Source of the DNA: Ktedonobacterales bacterium
Lineage (GTDB): Bacteria > Chloroflexota > Ktedonobacteria > Ktedonobacterales > DATBGS01
Direction of reading: 5' to 3'
DNA length: 64,000 nucleotides
Assembly: GCA_035307385.1 (NCBI GenBank)
Contig: DATGID010000131.1
Coordinates: 12,805-76,804 of the forward strand
Shown: positions 10,017 to 18,684 of the stretch, piece after piece
How the letters are laid out: every line of letters starts with the position of its first letter
Numbering within the stretch: position 1 is the stretch's first letter
Translations under genes and position numbers: made by a program
Notes under the pieces: generated by a model
Databases searched by the model: none
The model's input: only the letters and a program-made list of their open reading frames with translations
What the model was told of the DNA's origin: nothing

Positions 10017-11234
10017 ATGCAGCAGATCAGTGATTCGGAGTTTGCCCCTGAGGCGATAGAACTCCCACCAACACCCTACCCTGCCCGGCGGCGGCTCGAC
10101 TGGCTGCGCCATCCATCGCCAGCCCTGCGGCAAGCGATCTTGCTCTTTTGCGCCACACGCCTGTTGTTTGTGTTGGTAACCTACTTTGGCTATGTGCTCT
10201 TCAACGCAGGTATTTATTCCCCAGATTCGGTGGGAGTGAATAATGTGCTCTTCAGTTGGGCGCGCTGGGATGCGGTTCGCTACCTCAATATTGCCCTGAA
10301 TGGCTATAATGCCCCGATTCTGGCAGCGTTTTTCCCACTCTATCCGCTGCTCGTTCATATCGCCGGGCAGCCCTTTGGCGACGCGGGTGTCTATATTGCC
10401 GGGCTGCTGATCTCGAACATTGCGTTCTTTTTCGCGTTGTGGGCGCTGCGAGTGCTGGCGGAGCGAGAATGTGGTCCAGAGGCAGCGTCGAGGGCGACGA
10501 TCTATCTGGCGCTCTTTCCTACCGCGCTTTTCTTCTTCGCGCCTTATAACGAGTCGCTCTTTCTGTTGCTGGCGTTGGGCTGTTTTCTGGCGCTACGGCG
10601 CGGCTGGTGGTGGCGTGCCGGGGTGCTGGGCCTGCTTGCGACCCTGACGCGCAGCGCGGGCCTGTTTCTGGTAGCGCCCTTTATGGTAGAGTATCTGAAC
10701 CAGCATCGCTGGCAGTGGCGGCGCTTGCGCCCGAATGCCCTGGCCGTTGGCCTGGTGCCACTGGGACTGGTCATCTATGGCGGCTACTGCTGGCTCCAGT
10801 TTGGGGATTTCCTGGCGTTTGTTCATGCGCAGGCGCACTGGGGGCGCGCATTGGCCTGGCCCTGGGTAGGGTTATGGAACCAGCAGGCTTTTTTGATTGA
10901 CGCGCAGCCAGCTTCGTTTTTTCAGGCGCATAATCTGATTGACCTGGCTGCTACGGTGGCTATGATCGTGCTGGTGGTCTTGGGGTGGCGGCATTTGCCA
11001 TTATCGTTTAATATGTTTGCGACGGTGCTGCTGGTGAACTTTTTGCTCTTCCCGCTCGCTTTTAACGACCCTCTGACCTCGAATCAACGCTTTGCACTGG
11101 AAGTGTTTCCGGCGTTTCTCACATTGGGCTTGCTGGTGCGCCGTCAAACGACCCATCAGGCGCTGATGATTCTTTTTTCAGGATTGCTAGCCCTCTTCTC
11201 TCTGGTCTTTATCACCGGGCGCTGGCTGGTTTGA
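10017..11234 (+). CDS. GT-C membrane mannosyltransferase-like protein (PIG-V-like)
   Basis: ATG 10017 lies 4 nt after GAGGAG; the ORF opens at TTG 9993. RWDAVRYLNIALNGY resembles the PIG-V family WD..WY..IA..GY motif. Polytopic. Confidence 0.55.
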   Translation: MQQISDSEFAPEAIELPPTPYPARRRLDWLRHPSPALRQAILLFCATRLLFVLVTYFGYVLFNAGIYSPDSVGVNNVLFSWARWDAVRYLNIALNGYNAPILAAFFPLYPLLVHIAGQPFGDAGVYIAGLLISNIAFFFALWALRVLAERECGPEAASRATIYLALFPTALFFFAPYNESLFLLLALGCFLALRRGWWWRAGVLGLLATLTRSAGLFLVAPFMVEYLNQHRWQWRRLRPNALAVGLVPLGLVIYGGYCWLQFGDFLAFVHAQAHWGRALAWPWVGLWNQQAFLIDAQPASFFQAHNLIDLAATVAMIVLVVLGWRHLPLSFNMFATVLLVNFLLFPLAFNDPLTSNQRFALEVFPAFLTLGLLVRRQTTHQALMILFSGLLALFSLVFITGRWLV

Positions 11235-11326
11235 AATTGACTAGAGGCACCGTCTGATACCTCACTTTACATGTACGCTTTCCTGCGCCACGTGAAGCTG
11301 GGGCGAAACGAATGTGGAGTTATGTG

Positions 11327-12484
11327 ATGGCGCAACCAATTTATCTCGACTACAACGCAACGACTCCCCTTGACCCGGCTGTGGTGGCAGCGATGCGCCC
11401 CTATCTGGAGACGCTTTTTGGTAACCCCTCCAGCGGCCATGCTTATGGGCATGCGGCGAAAGACGCAGTAGATCAGGCGCGGGAGCAGGTCGCGGATTTA
11501 TTAGGCTGCCTGCCCGATGAGGTGATTTTTACCAGCGGTGGCTCGGAGAGCGATAACCAGGCAATCAAAGGAATTGCTTTCGCGCAGCGCGGGCGGGGGA
11601 ACCATATCATAACTAGCGAGATCGAACATCCGGCGGTTTTGAATACCTGCCGGTATCTGGAAGCGCGGCATGGTTTTCGGGTCACCTATCTTCCTGTCGA
11701 TGCAGATGGGCGGATAGACCTGGCGGCGGTTGAAGCGGCGATCACCTCTCAGACTATTCTGATTACGATCATGCATGCGAATAATGAGGTCGGCACGCTG
11801 GAGCCAATTGCCGCCATTGGTCGACTGGCGCGGCAGCGTGACATCGCCTTTCATACGGACGCCGCGCAATCGGTGGGGAAAGTGCCGGTGAGTGTAGATG
11901 ATCTGGGGGTAGACCTGCTGACGCTTGCCGGCCATAAGCTCTACGCCCCAAAGGGCATTGGTGCGCTCTATATCCGCCGGGGAACGGTGCTGGACCCGCT
12001 GATTCATGGCGCTGGGCATGAAGGCGGACGGCGCGCCGGAACCGAAAATGTGCCCTATATAGTGGCTTTGGGCACGGCATGTGCGTTGGCACATGAGCAG
12101 CTGCCTCCTCAGCGGGAGCGCTGGCTGGCGCTGCGCCAGCAGTTACTGGAAGGCCTGGAGGCGCGCGTTGGGCCGGTCAAGGTGAATGGGCACGCTGAAC
12201 AGCGCCTGCCCAATACCCTGAATATCTGCGTGCCCGGCGTGATTGGCGAGGAGGCGTTGGCACGCGCCACGGGTGTGGCCGCTTCAACCGGCTCGGCCTG
12301 TCATGCCGGGCTGACCGAGCCATCGCCTGTGCTCTTGGCAATGGGCATTGAGCCTGCGCTGGCGTTGGGCGCGCTGCGCCTGTCGCTGGGGCGCTGGACC
12401 ACGGTTGAAGAGATCGATGTTGCTGTCGAACAACTCAGCGAGGCCATTCTGACACTGCGCAACGGCGCACAGGAGCCAGTATAA
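11327..12484 (+). CDS. cysteine desulfurase (NifS/IscS family, class V aminotransferase)
   Basis: IYLDYNATTP, PLP-lysine context GHKLYAPKGIGALYIR, active-site STGSACHAG. Confidence 0.9.
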   Translation: MAQPIYLDYNATTPLDPAVVAAMRPYLETLFGNPSSGHAYGHAAKDAVDQAREQVADLLGCLPDEVIFTSGGSESDNQAIKGIAFAQRGRGNHIITSEIEHPAVLNTCRYLEARHGFRVTYLPVDADGRIDLAAVEAAITSQTILITIMHANNEVGTLEPIAAIGRLARQRDIAFHTDAAQSVGKVPVSVDDLGVDLLTLAGHKLYAPKGIGALYIRRGTVLDPLIHGAGHEGGRRAGTENVPYIVALGTACALAHEQLPPQRERWLALRQQLLEGLEARVGPVKVNGHAEQRLPNTLNICVPGVIGEEALARATGVAASTGSACHAGLTEPSPVLLAMGIEPALALGALRLSLGRWTTVEEIDVAVEQLSEAILTLRNGAQEPV

Positions 12485-12507
12485 TAGAAACAAAGGAGTT
12501 GGTGTCT

Positions 12508-13689
12508 ATGAGCCTGAATGTTTCCGCTCATTCGGCGTTGCTCCATCCCGAACTGGAGCAGTACCGCAACGAATTTCCGATCTTGCAGCGTAAAACCTAT
12601 CTCAATAGCTGCTCGTTGGGGGCGCTTTCACAGCGCTCCATCGATGCTCTGCACCGCTTTACCGAAAATTGGAATGAGTATGGCGCGCATGCCTGGTATA
12701 AAATCTGGTTGGGCGAGATTGCGGCAGTCAAAGAGAAATTTGCCCGCGTGATTGGGGCCAAACCTGGCGAGGTTGCTATCGCCCCCAGCGTTTCGTCGGC
12801 GATCAGCGAGATTACCAGCGCGCTGGACTTTAGCCGACGTAACCGCGTGGTGATGGCTGATATGGATTTTCCAACGCTGGCCTATCAGGTGTTGGTGAAG
12901 CAGCGCTTTGGCGTTGAGGTGGATTTTGTTGAGAGCCCTGATCGCATCCATGTGCCGCCCGAACTGCTGATTGAGAAGATTAATGAGAAAACGGCGCTGG
13001 TGGCGAGTTCGCGCGTCTTCTACACCAGTGGGTATATCCAGGATGTGGCGGCGTTGGTCGACGCGGCGCAGCGCAAGGGCGCTTATACGTTGATCGACGA
13101 CTATCAAGGCACCGGCCAGATTCCCATTGATGTTCACGCGCTGGGGGTTGATTTTCTGGTGACGGGCACGCTGAAGTGGCTGATGGGTGGCCCTGGCCTG
13201 GCGCTGGTCTATGTGCGCGAGGGCTTGATTTCGCAGCTTCAGCCAACTATTACCGGATGGTTTGCCAACCGCGATCAATTTCAGTTTAATACCCGCGAGT
13301 TTCATTTCCGTGAAGATGCAGGCCGCTTCGAGTCGGGGACGCCCGCGCTGCCGACCATCCACACAGCCAGTGGTGGCCTGGATATGGTGCTTGAGATTGG
13401 TGTCCAGCGCATCTATGAGCGCACGCGAGCGCTGACGAATGATTTGATCGAGCGCGTGAAGGCCAAAGGCTGGACGCTGCGCAGCCCCGAGGAGGAAGAC
13501 AGGCGCTCAGCGATTGTGATGCTGGCGCTGGATCGCCCCGAGGAAATTGTGGAGCAGTTGGTGGAGCGACGCTTTATTGTCGATCATCGTCCGGGTTTGG
13601 TGCGGCTTTCACCCTATTTCTACAATACGCTGGCCGAAAACGAGGCGATTGTGGAGGAGATGAGCCGGATTCTGGCCGAGCGCGCCTAG
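12508..13689 (+). CDS. class V aminotransferase family protein (second paralogue in tandem)
   Basis: ATG 12508 lies 9 nt after AAGGAG. LNSCSLG and TGTLKWLMGGPG (PLP Lys) are typical of the class V fold. Confidence 0.75.
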   Translation: MSLNVSAHSALLHPELEQYRNEFPILQRKTYLNSCSLGALSQRSIDALHRFTENWNEYGAHAWYKIWLGEIAAVKEKFARVIGAKPGEVAIAPSVSSAISEITSALDFSRRNRVVMADMDFPTLAYQVLVKQRFGVEVDFVESPDRIHVPPELLIEKINEKTALVASSRVFYTSGYIQDVAALVDAAQRKGAYTLIDDYQGTGQIPIDVHALGVDFLVTGTLKWLMGGPGLALVYVREGLISQLQPTITGWFANRDQFQFNTREFHFREDAGRFESGTPALPTIHTASGGLDMVLEIGVQRIYERTRALTNDLIERVKAKGWTLRSPEEEDRRSAIVMLALDRPEEIVEQLVERRFIVDHRPGLVRLSPYFYNTLAENEAIVEEMSRILAERA

Positions 13690-13885
13690 CCTTACCCGGA
13701 TGCTCCGCTGGTGCTCTGTTCCGTTGGAAGGAATAGCGGAGGGGTCTTGTTGGGTTGCGCCAGGGTCAGAAACATGGCACAATGAGCGGTGACACGTGCG
13801 CTCTTTGACCTCTGCTCCCTTGTTCTCCTGGGAGCTTTGTTGATCTTGTGTGTATCCCAATTGTAAAGCGATGAGGAGGGCTGCT

Positions 13886-14278
13886 ATGGCTTGCCCAGTT
13901 TGTGGGGCATCGCACGGGGCTGCTGAAACGTACTGCCGTCGCTGTGGCGCGGATGTCACCATTCCCAGTACCATGATTGTGCCGGTAAAGCCAGCGCTTC
14001 CGGTGGTTTCTGAGCGGCCCAGCCGTGTTATCACGCCTGCAAAGGCAGGAGCCAGCCTTGTGGCGTTGGGCGTTGGCTATGAACTGCTGCGCTGGGGACT
14101 GAAGCTCTGGCTTAAAAAACCGGTGGGGCGCAGTTTGCCCGCGCTGACGGCGCTGCCTACGTTGGGCAATTTGCGCAACCTGCACGGCGGGAACAGACCG
14201 CCCGGTCGCCTGCCGAAAGGCTATGAAGTAACGGAAACCGTATTCTATATGCAGCGGGTCATCCAGCCAAAGAAATAG
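13886..14278 (+). CDS. small zinc-ribbon membrane protein, unknown function
   Basis: ATG 13886 lies 6 nt after GAGGAGG. CPVCG-x10-CRRCG zinc ribbon followed by one hydrophobic helix. Confidence 0.5.
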   Translation: MACPVCGASHGAAETYCRRCGADVTIPSTMIVPVKPALPVVSERPSRVITPAKAGASLVALGVGYELLRWGLKLWLKKPVGRSLPALTALPTLGNLRNLHGGNRPPGRLPKGYEVTETVFYMQRVIQPKK

Positions 14279-14292
14279 AGAGAAACTGCACT

Positions 14293-15267
14293 ATGGCAAG
14301 AGTGCTCAAAGAAGCGGATGTTGGGCGCTTGTTGACGATGCCAGATGCCATTGCCGCGCTGGAGACGGTTTTCCAGCAGCAGCATCCGACGGCGGGCGAT
14401 CAACAAGCGCTGAATCGCCCACGTGGGCGTCTTCAGCCGCCTGGCGCCATCCTGCATTTTATGACAGCGGCAGCGCCCGGACTGAGAGTGTATGGCTTCA
14501 AAGCGTACACGGTGGCCCAGCCGGGGAAGGCGCGTTTTGCGGTGATGCTCTTCAGTACCGAAGATGGGCATTTGCTGGCGTTGATCGAGGCCGATAAGTT
14601 GGGACAGATGCGTACAGGTGCGGCCAGTGGTCTGGCGACGCGCTACCTGGCGCGTCAGGATGCCGTGTCGGTGGGCATCGTGGGCAGTGGTTGGCAGGCA
14701 CGCTCGCAGTTGCAGGCAGTCTGCGCGGTACGCCAGGTCCAGATGATTCGCGCAGCAGGTCGTGACCCGGAGCGCTTGCGCCTGTTCTGCGAAGAGATAA
14801 GCGCCACTGTGGGTGTGCTGGTGACACCTGTCGCTGATGCGGAAGCCGCTGTGCGCGATGCTGATATTGTAATTACAGCCACGAGCGCCAGGGAGCCGGT
14901 GATACAGGGCGAATGGTTGAAGCCAGGAGTACACCTGAACGTGATGGGGTCCAATTGGGCCAATCGCCGCGAAGTAGACGAGCGCACGTTGGAGCGCAGT
15001 GATCTGCTTGTGATCGACTCGAAAGAGCAGGGTCTGCTGGAGGCTGGCGATCTCTTGCTACCTATCCAGCAGGGATTGCTGAGTTGGGATCGTGTGCATG
15101 AATTGCATGAAGTGGTAGCAGGCGCTATCCCTGGCCGCCAGAAACCAGAGGAAATCACCCTGTTTAAGTCGCTGGGTCTGGCGCTCGAAGATATAGCTGT
15201 TGCAGCGCATGTTTACATGCTGGCGCTTGAGCGCGGGGTTGGCGAGGAATTGGATTTCCTGTCCTGA
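14293..15267 (+). CDS. ornithine cyclodeaminase / mu-crystallin family protein
   Basis: 324 aa with Rossmann motif VGIVGSGWQARSQL. N-terminal region and overall length are typical of the OCD family. Confidence 0.8.
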   Translation: MARVLKEADVGRLLTMPDAIAALETVFQQQHPTAGDQQALNRPRGRLQPPGAILHFMTAAAPGLRVYGFKAYTVAQPGKARFAVMLFSTEDGHLLALIEADKLGQMRTGAASGLATRYLARQDAVSVGIVGSGWQARSQLQAVCAVRQVQMIRAAGRDPERLRLFCEEISATVGVLVTPVADAEAAVRDADIVITATSAREPVIQGEWLKPGVHLNVMGSNWANRREVDERTLERSDLLVIDSKEQGLLEAGDLLLPIQQGLLSWDRVHELHEVVAGAIPGRQKPEEITLFKSLGLALEDIAVAAHVYMLALERGVGEELDFLS

Positions 15268-15325
15268 AGGTTTTTCTTGCTCTTCAAGATGTGAGCGCTA
15301 GAGAAATAGGTGAGCGGGAGCTTCC

Positions 15326-16651
15326 ATGAGAAAGTATGCGCATTGGCGTCGACGCATATCCGTTTGGATGATGGGCTGGTCGCTCATGGTCGTGCTGCTG
15401 CTTGGCGGCTGCGCTTCAGGCAGCGCGGTGAACTGGCAAGGCATCGGACCCAATGGCACATCGATTGTCTCGCTGGCCTTGACTTCGTTGAATCAGCCTA
15501 CCCTCTTTGCGGGAAGCAGCGGCCAGGGTCTTTTTCGCAGCCAGGATGATGGAAGCACCTGGACCACGCTGAAAGCTGATCTGCCAGCGGGGATTACGAT
15601 CAACAGCATCGTGCTAGACCAGACGCAGATTGGGGTAGTGTACCTGGGAACCGACGCAGGCGTCTTTGTCAGCACGAGCAATGGCGACCATTGGCAAAGC
15701 GCGTCGCAAGGGCTGCCGGGGCGCGTGGATGGCGCTGTGACGACGCTGCTGGTCAATCCTGACGACCCTAAAACGCTCTATGCCGGGACGGCCCACAAAG
15801 GGGTCTATGTCAGCCATGATGCTGCCAAATCCTGGTCGCCGAGCGTGCAAGGCTTGCCCACAGGGGTGCTGGTGCATACCCTCATGGCGGAGATCAAAGG
15901 CGACGCGATCCGCCTGTTTGCGGGGCTGGCAGGCGCTGGAGTTTATCAATCGAGCGATAACGGCGCAACCTGGTCGGCCAGCAACACCGGCTTACCGGCA
16001 GGAGTCGATGGATTGAGCATGCTCCAGCAGCCCTCCAATCCCGGTGGCCTCTATTTGGGAACCAGCGCTGGCGTCTATCGTAGCATAGACGATGGCGCGA
16101 CCTGGAAAGCAGCAAGCGCGGGCCTGGGAGAACCGGCTCCGCAGGTGTTCGCTCTGGCGCTGAACGACGAGCAGGTGCAGTTTCTCTATGCCGCGACCAG
16201 CGCTGGCGTCTATCGCTCGGCAGATGGCGGCACAAGCTGGGGGCAAGTTGCCGGAGGCATCCCAACAGCCCATCCAGTGGTCGCAATGGTCATTGTGGGG
16301 AGCGCTTCATCAAGTTTGGGAACGATTTTCGTCAGCGATGGGCAGGTCTATCGTTACCCCAGCGCGACGGGTTCATTGATTGGGGGGATTTTCACCTTTG
16401 TGGTGCTTGGCGTCCTTGCGCTGCTCTTTCTCTGGTTGTTCCTTCAGCAGCGCCGTCTATTACGACGGCTGACGGTTCCAACAATGGGGCGTGGCGGGCC
16501 GAGCGGCCCGCCCACAGAACGCCCTGATCCGGGGGTGGCAAGTATACGGAGAGGGCCATCTTCAGAAGCAGTTGAAGAACAGGGCGCGGCAACGCCAGAT
16601 GGAACGGACGAAGGCGGATCGAGTAATGCTGCCAGCAATGAGCATCACTGA
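15326..16651 (+). CDS. lipoprotein with BNR/Asp-box repeats (beta-propeller, Ycf48/sialidase-like) and a C-terminal TM anchor
   Basis: Lipobox LLLGGC. Six S-x-D-x-G-x-T-W-like boxes (SQDDGSTW, SNGDHW, SSDNGATW, SIDDGATW, SADGGTSW...). Hydrophobic helix near the C-terminus. Confidence 0.75.
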   Translation: MRKYAHWRRRISVWMMGWSLMVVLLLGGCASGSAVNWQGIGPNGTSIVSLALTSLNQPTLFAGSSGQGLFRSQDDGSTWTTLKADLPAGITINSIVLDQTQIGVVYLGTDAGVFVSTSNGDHWQSASQGLPGRVDGAVTTLLVNPDDPKTLYAGTAHKGVYVSHDAAKSWSPSVQGLPTGVLVHTLMAEIKGDAIRLFAGLAGAGVYQSSDNGATWSASNTGLPAGVDGLSMLQQPSNPGGLYLGTSAGVYRSIDDGATWKAASAGLGEPAPQVFALALNDEQVQFLYAATSAGVYRSADGGTSWGQVAGGIPTAHPVVAMVIVGSASSSLGTIFVSDGQVYRYPSATGSLIGGIFTFVVLGVLALLFLWLFLQQRRLLRRLTVPTMGRGGPSGPPTERPDPGVASIRRGPSSEAVEEQGAATPDGTDEGGSSNAASNEHH

Positions 16652-16667
16652 TCGGCATGGGACAGCA

Positions 16668-17207
16668 TTAGTGATGGATGTTGCCAATGAAGCCGACGAT
16701 GATGTAGAGCAGCCAGATCACACCGATAGTCACCAGAAAGGTAGCCAGCACAAAGGCATAGCAGCCGTAGTTGCTGCGGCGGCGGATTTCTAACGCTTGG
16801 CGAAGTTGTTCATCCATATCTGGTGGGTCAAGTGCGACGTCTGGCTGTGTTTCGGTCAGCCGGGCCAGGAGCTTGCGAAAATCTTTTACATTGGACATGC
16901 CTTCGGCAACAATGATGGTGTTGCCATCGGTCAGATCAAGCATCAGGATGAGCTTGCTGGGGATGTGCTCGCCAGGCATCAGGACGAGCCGTTTGATCGA
17001 ATCGAAATAGAAAGCCGTCTCTTCGCCTTCTTCATAGGCTATCGTGACCAAACGATCACGATAGAGCCGCAGTTCTTTGGCGATGCCATATCGCACAATG
17101 CTGATTGGTAGTTCAGTCGCCATGGTTGCTGCCCCAGGAAGTGACTCATCCTCAGAAGATAGGTCGGATGCCATCGTCGCCTGTCTTTGCATCTTGAGTT
17201 GGAACAT
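16668..17207 (-). CDS. hypothetical protein with C-terminal TM helix
   Basis: 179-aa ORF with protein-like composition and no recognisable motif. Start uncertain: ATGs at 17207, 17192, 17174 and further in. Confidence 0.45.
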   Translation of the reverse strand: MFQLKMQRQATMASDLSSEDESLPGAATMATELPISIVRYGIAKELRLYRDRLVTIAYEEGEETAFYFDSIKRLVLMPGEHIPSKLILMLDLTDGNTIIVAEGMSNVKDFRKLLARLTETQPDVALDPPDMDEQLRQALEIRRRSNYGCYAFVLATFLVTIGVIWLLYIIVGFIGNIHH

Positions 17208-17390
17208 GTTGATTATAACACGTCAGATACCCAATCCCCTTTAGGGGATGGGCTTGTGGCCGGACTCCACCGCAATTCCGCATACCTGGAGAGGCGCGCG
17301 GCTTTGGCTTCGCCGTCCGTCACATCAGGGGCACCTGACAACTGCCCCGTCGTCATCCAGTCTTGCCGGATGACGAGCGTTCTCAGCGCA
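17193..17390 (-). ncRNA. candidate omega-RNA (reRNA) of TnpB: scaffold over the tnpB 3' end and right end, guide from flanking DNA
   Basis: Placed by analogy with characterised TnpB systems. The right-end hairpin lies inside it. No covariance model was run. Confidence 0.3.
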
Positions 17391-18646
17391 ATATTCCTGG
17401 CTCCCACTAAGTCGGCATGGAGGGTGTAATGGCAGTTCTGGCAGAGGAAGCGCAGCCCTTTCTTGGGGCGATTGTCCGGGCTGCTATAGCCGCACTTCGG
17501 GCATGCTTGACTCGTGTAGTCAGCATCCACTTTCACACAGAGTGAACCAGAGAGCACCGCCTTGTAGTCCAGAAAGCTGCGCAACTCCGCAAACGCCCAT
17601 TTGGAGGCGTTCCGGTTGGCGCGGCGCCGCCTCTTGCTCGCCTTCTTGCCCTTCTTGCGTTTGGTGCGGTCGCGAATACCTGTCAACTCTTCCAGGCCGA
17701 TGAAACTGTGGGGGTGGGTGTCCAGGATATGCTTACTGATCGTGTGGTTGGTGTTCAGCTTCAACCGTCTCTCTCGCTGGCCGATAATGAGTCGTCGTCT
17801 GGTGGCCGAGCGAGTGCCTTTCTGCTGAAGTCGTTTTTGCAGGCGAGCATAATGGTCCGCCTGGCTGCGTATCTCCTTTCCCGAATAGAACTGCGCGCCA
17901 TTGCCGAGGGTAGCCACGGTGGCAAGATAGCGTTGGCCCACGTCTACCCCACCAATCTGCTGTTGGCCCTCTGGCGCGGGGTCAGGGATGTCCACTTCCA
18001 ACGCAATGAGCAGATAGAACCGTTTTTTGCTCCGGTCATACCAGAGTTTTCCGGCTCCAATGGTGGCTCCAGCTTGCAACAACGCAACATGTTTGGTGTA
18101 GCCCTGATAGGGCAGAATCAACCGATCAATGGAAGTCAAGAGGCTCACCCGCTGGCCGTCTTTCAGGGAATAATCGCGGCCATAACTGTAGGTGAGCGTG
18201 GGCGATATGTAGCGGGGCGCGTCATCCAGTCCCTTAAAGCGCTTTTTGGTATAGCCCAGGCGACGGGCTTCCGCATGCTTTTTGGCTTTCGTCCAGAGGG
18301 CTTTGTAGGAGGCGCCCACTTGCCGGGGGATGTTGCAGGCCATCTGCGCCGAAATCCCAAACTGGCCGCGAATAGCAGAATAGGTTTCTTTTTGCAGGCG
18401 CAGCGCATTGCTGGTCTTACCGTGCGCAAAGGCATACGCGCTGACAAAGTTCAAGGCGTCCCGATAGGCCAGTTGGGTCTGCCGCAGGACGCGAAACTCG
18501 TCAGGGGTGATGGTCAATTTCAGTTTGGCGGTCAGTTGTTGCTTCATCAAGAAAGAGTATATCATATGGCTGATGAAGTATCAAGCGAACGTTGGAGCAA
18601 TTCCTCTCTATCCCCTTCAGGGGATGAGAATCCTCGCCTCTCTTCT
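17209..18646 (-). mobile_element. tnpB-only IS200/IS605-type insertion sequence (no tnpA)
   Basis: Hairpins ATCCCCT-TT-AGGGGAT (17234-17249) and ATCCCCT-TC-AGGGGAT (18610-18625) bracket tnpB. TTGA (TCAA on the element strand) lies exactly 21 nt outside each hairpin. Boundaries are inferred from this symmetry. Confidence 0.6.
17213..18547 (-). CDS. tnpB: TnpB (IS200/IS605 OrfB, RuvC-like RNA-guided endonuclease)
   Basis: N-terminus MKQQLTAKLKLTITPDEF. RuvC D in IGGVDVGQRY, E in FIGLEELTG, zinc ribbon CPKCG...CQNC, D in LHADLVGARNIA. An alternative ATG lies at 18565. The ORF reads through the right-end region to a stop inside it. Confidence 0.9.
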   Translation of the reverse strand: MKQQLTAKLKLTITPDEFRVLRQTQLAYRDALNFVSAYAFAHGKTSNALRLQKETYSAIRGQFGISAQMACNIPRQVGASYKALWTKAKKHAEARRLGYTKKRFKGLDDAPRYISPTLTYSYGRDYSLKDGQRVSLLTSIDRLILPYQGYTKHVALLQAGATIGAGKLWYDRSKKRFYLLIALEVDIPDPAPEGQQQIGGVDVGQRYLATVATLGNGAQFYSGKEIRSQADHYARLQKRLQQKGTRSATRRRLIIGQRERRLKLNTNHTISKHILDTHPHSFIGLEELTGIRDRTKRKKGKKASKRRRRANRNASKWAFAELRSFLDYKAVLSGSLCVKVDADYTSQACPKCGYSSPDNRPKKGLRFLCQNCHYTLHADLVGARNIALRTLVIRQDWMTTGQLSGAPDVTDGEAKAARLSRYAELRWSPATSPSPKGDWVSDVL

Positions 18647-18684
18647 TTGAGCGAAAAGAACAGGTTAAGACCGGCCTGGACTGG

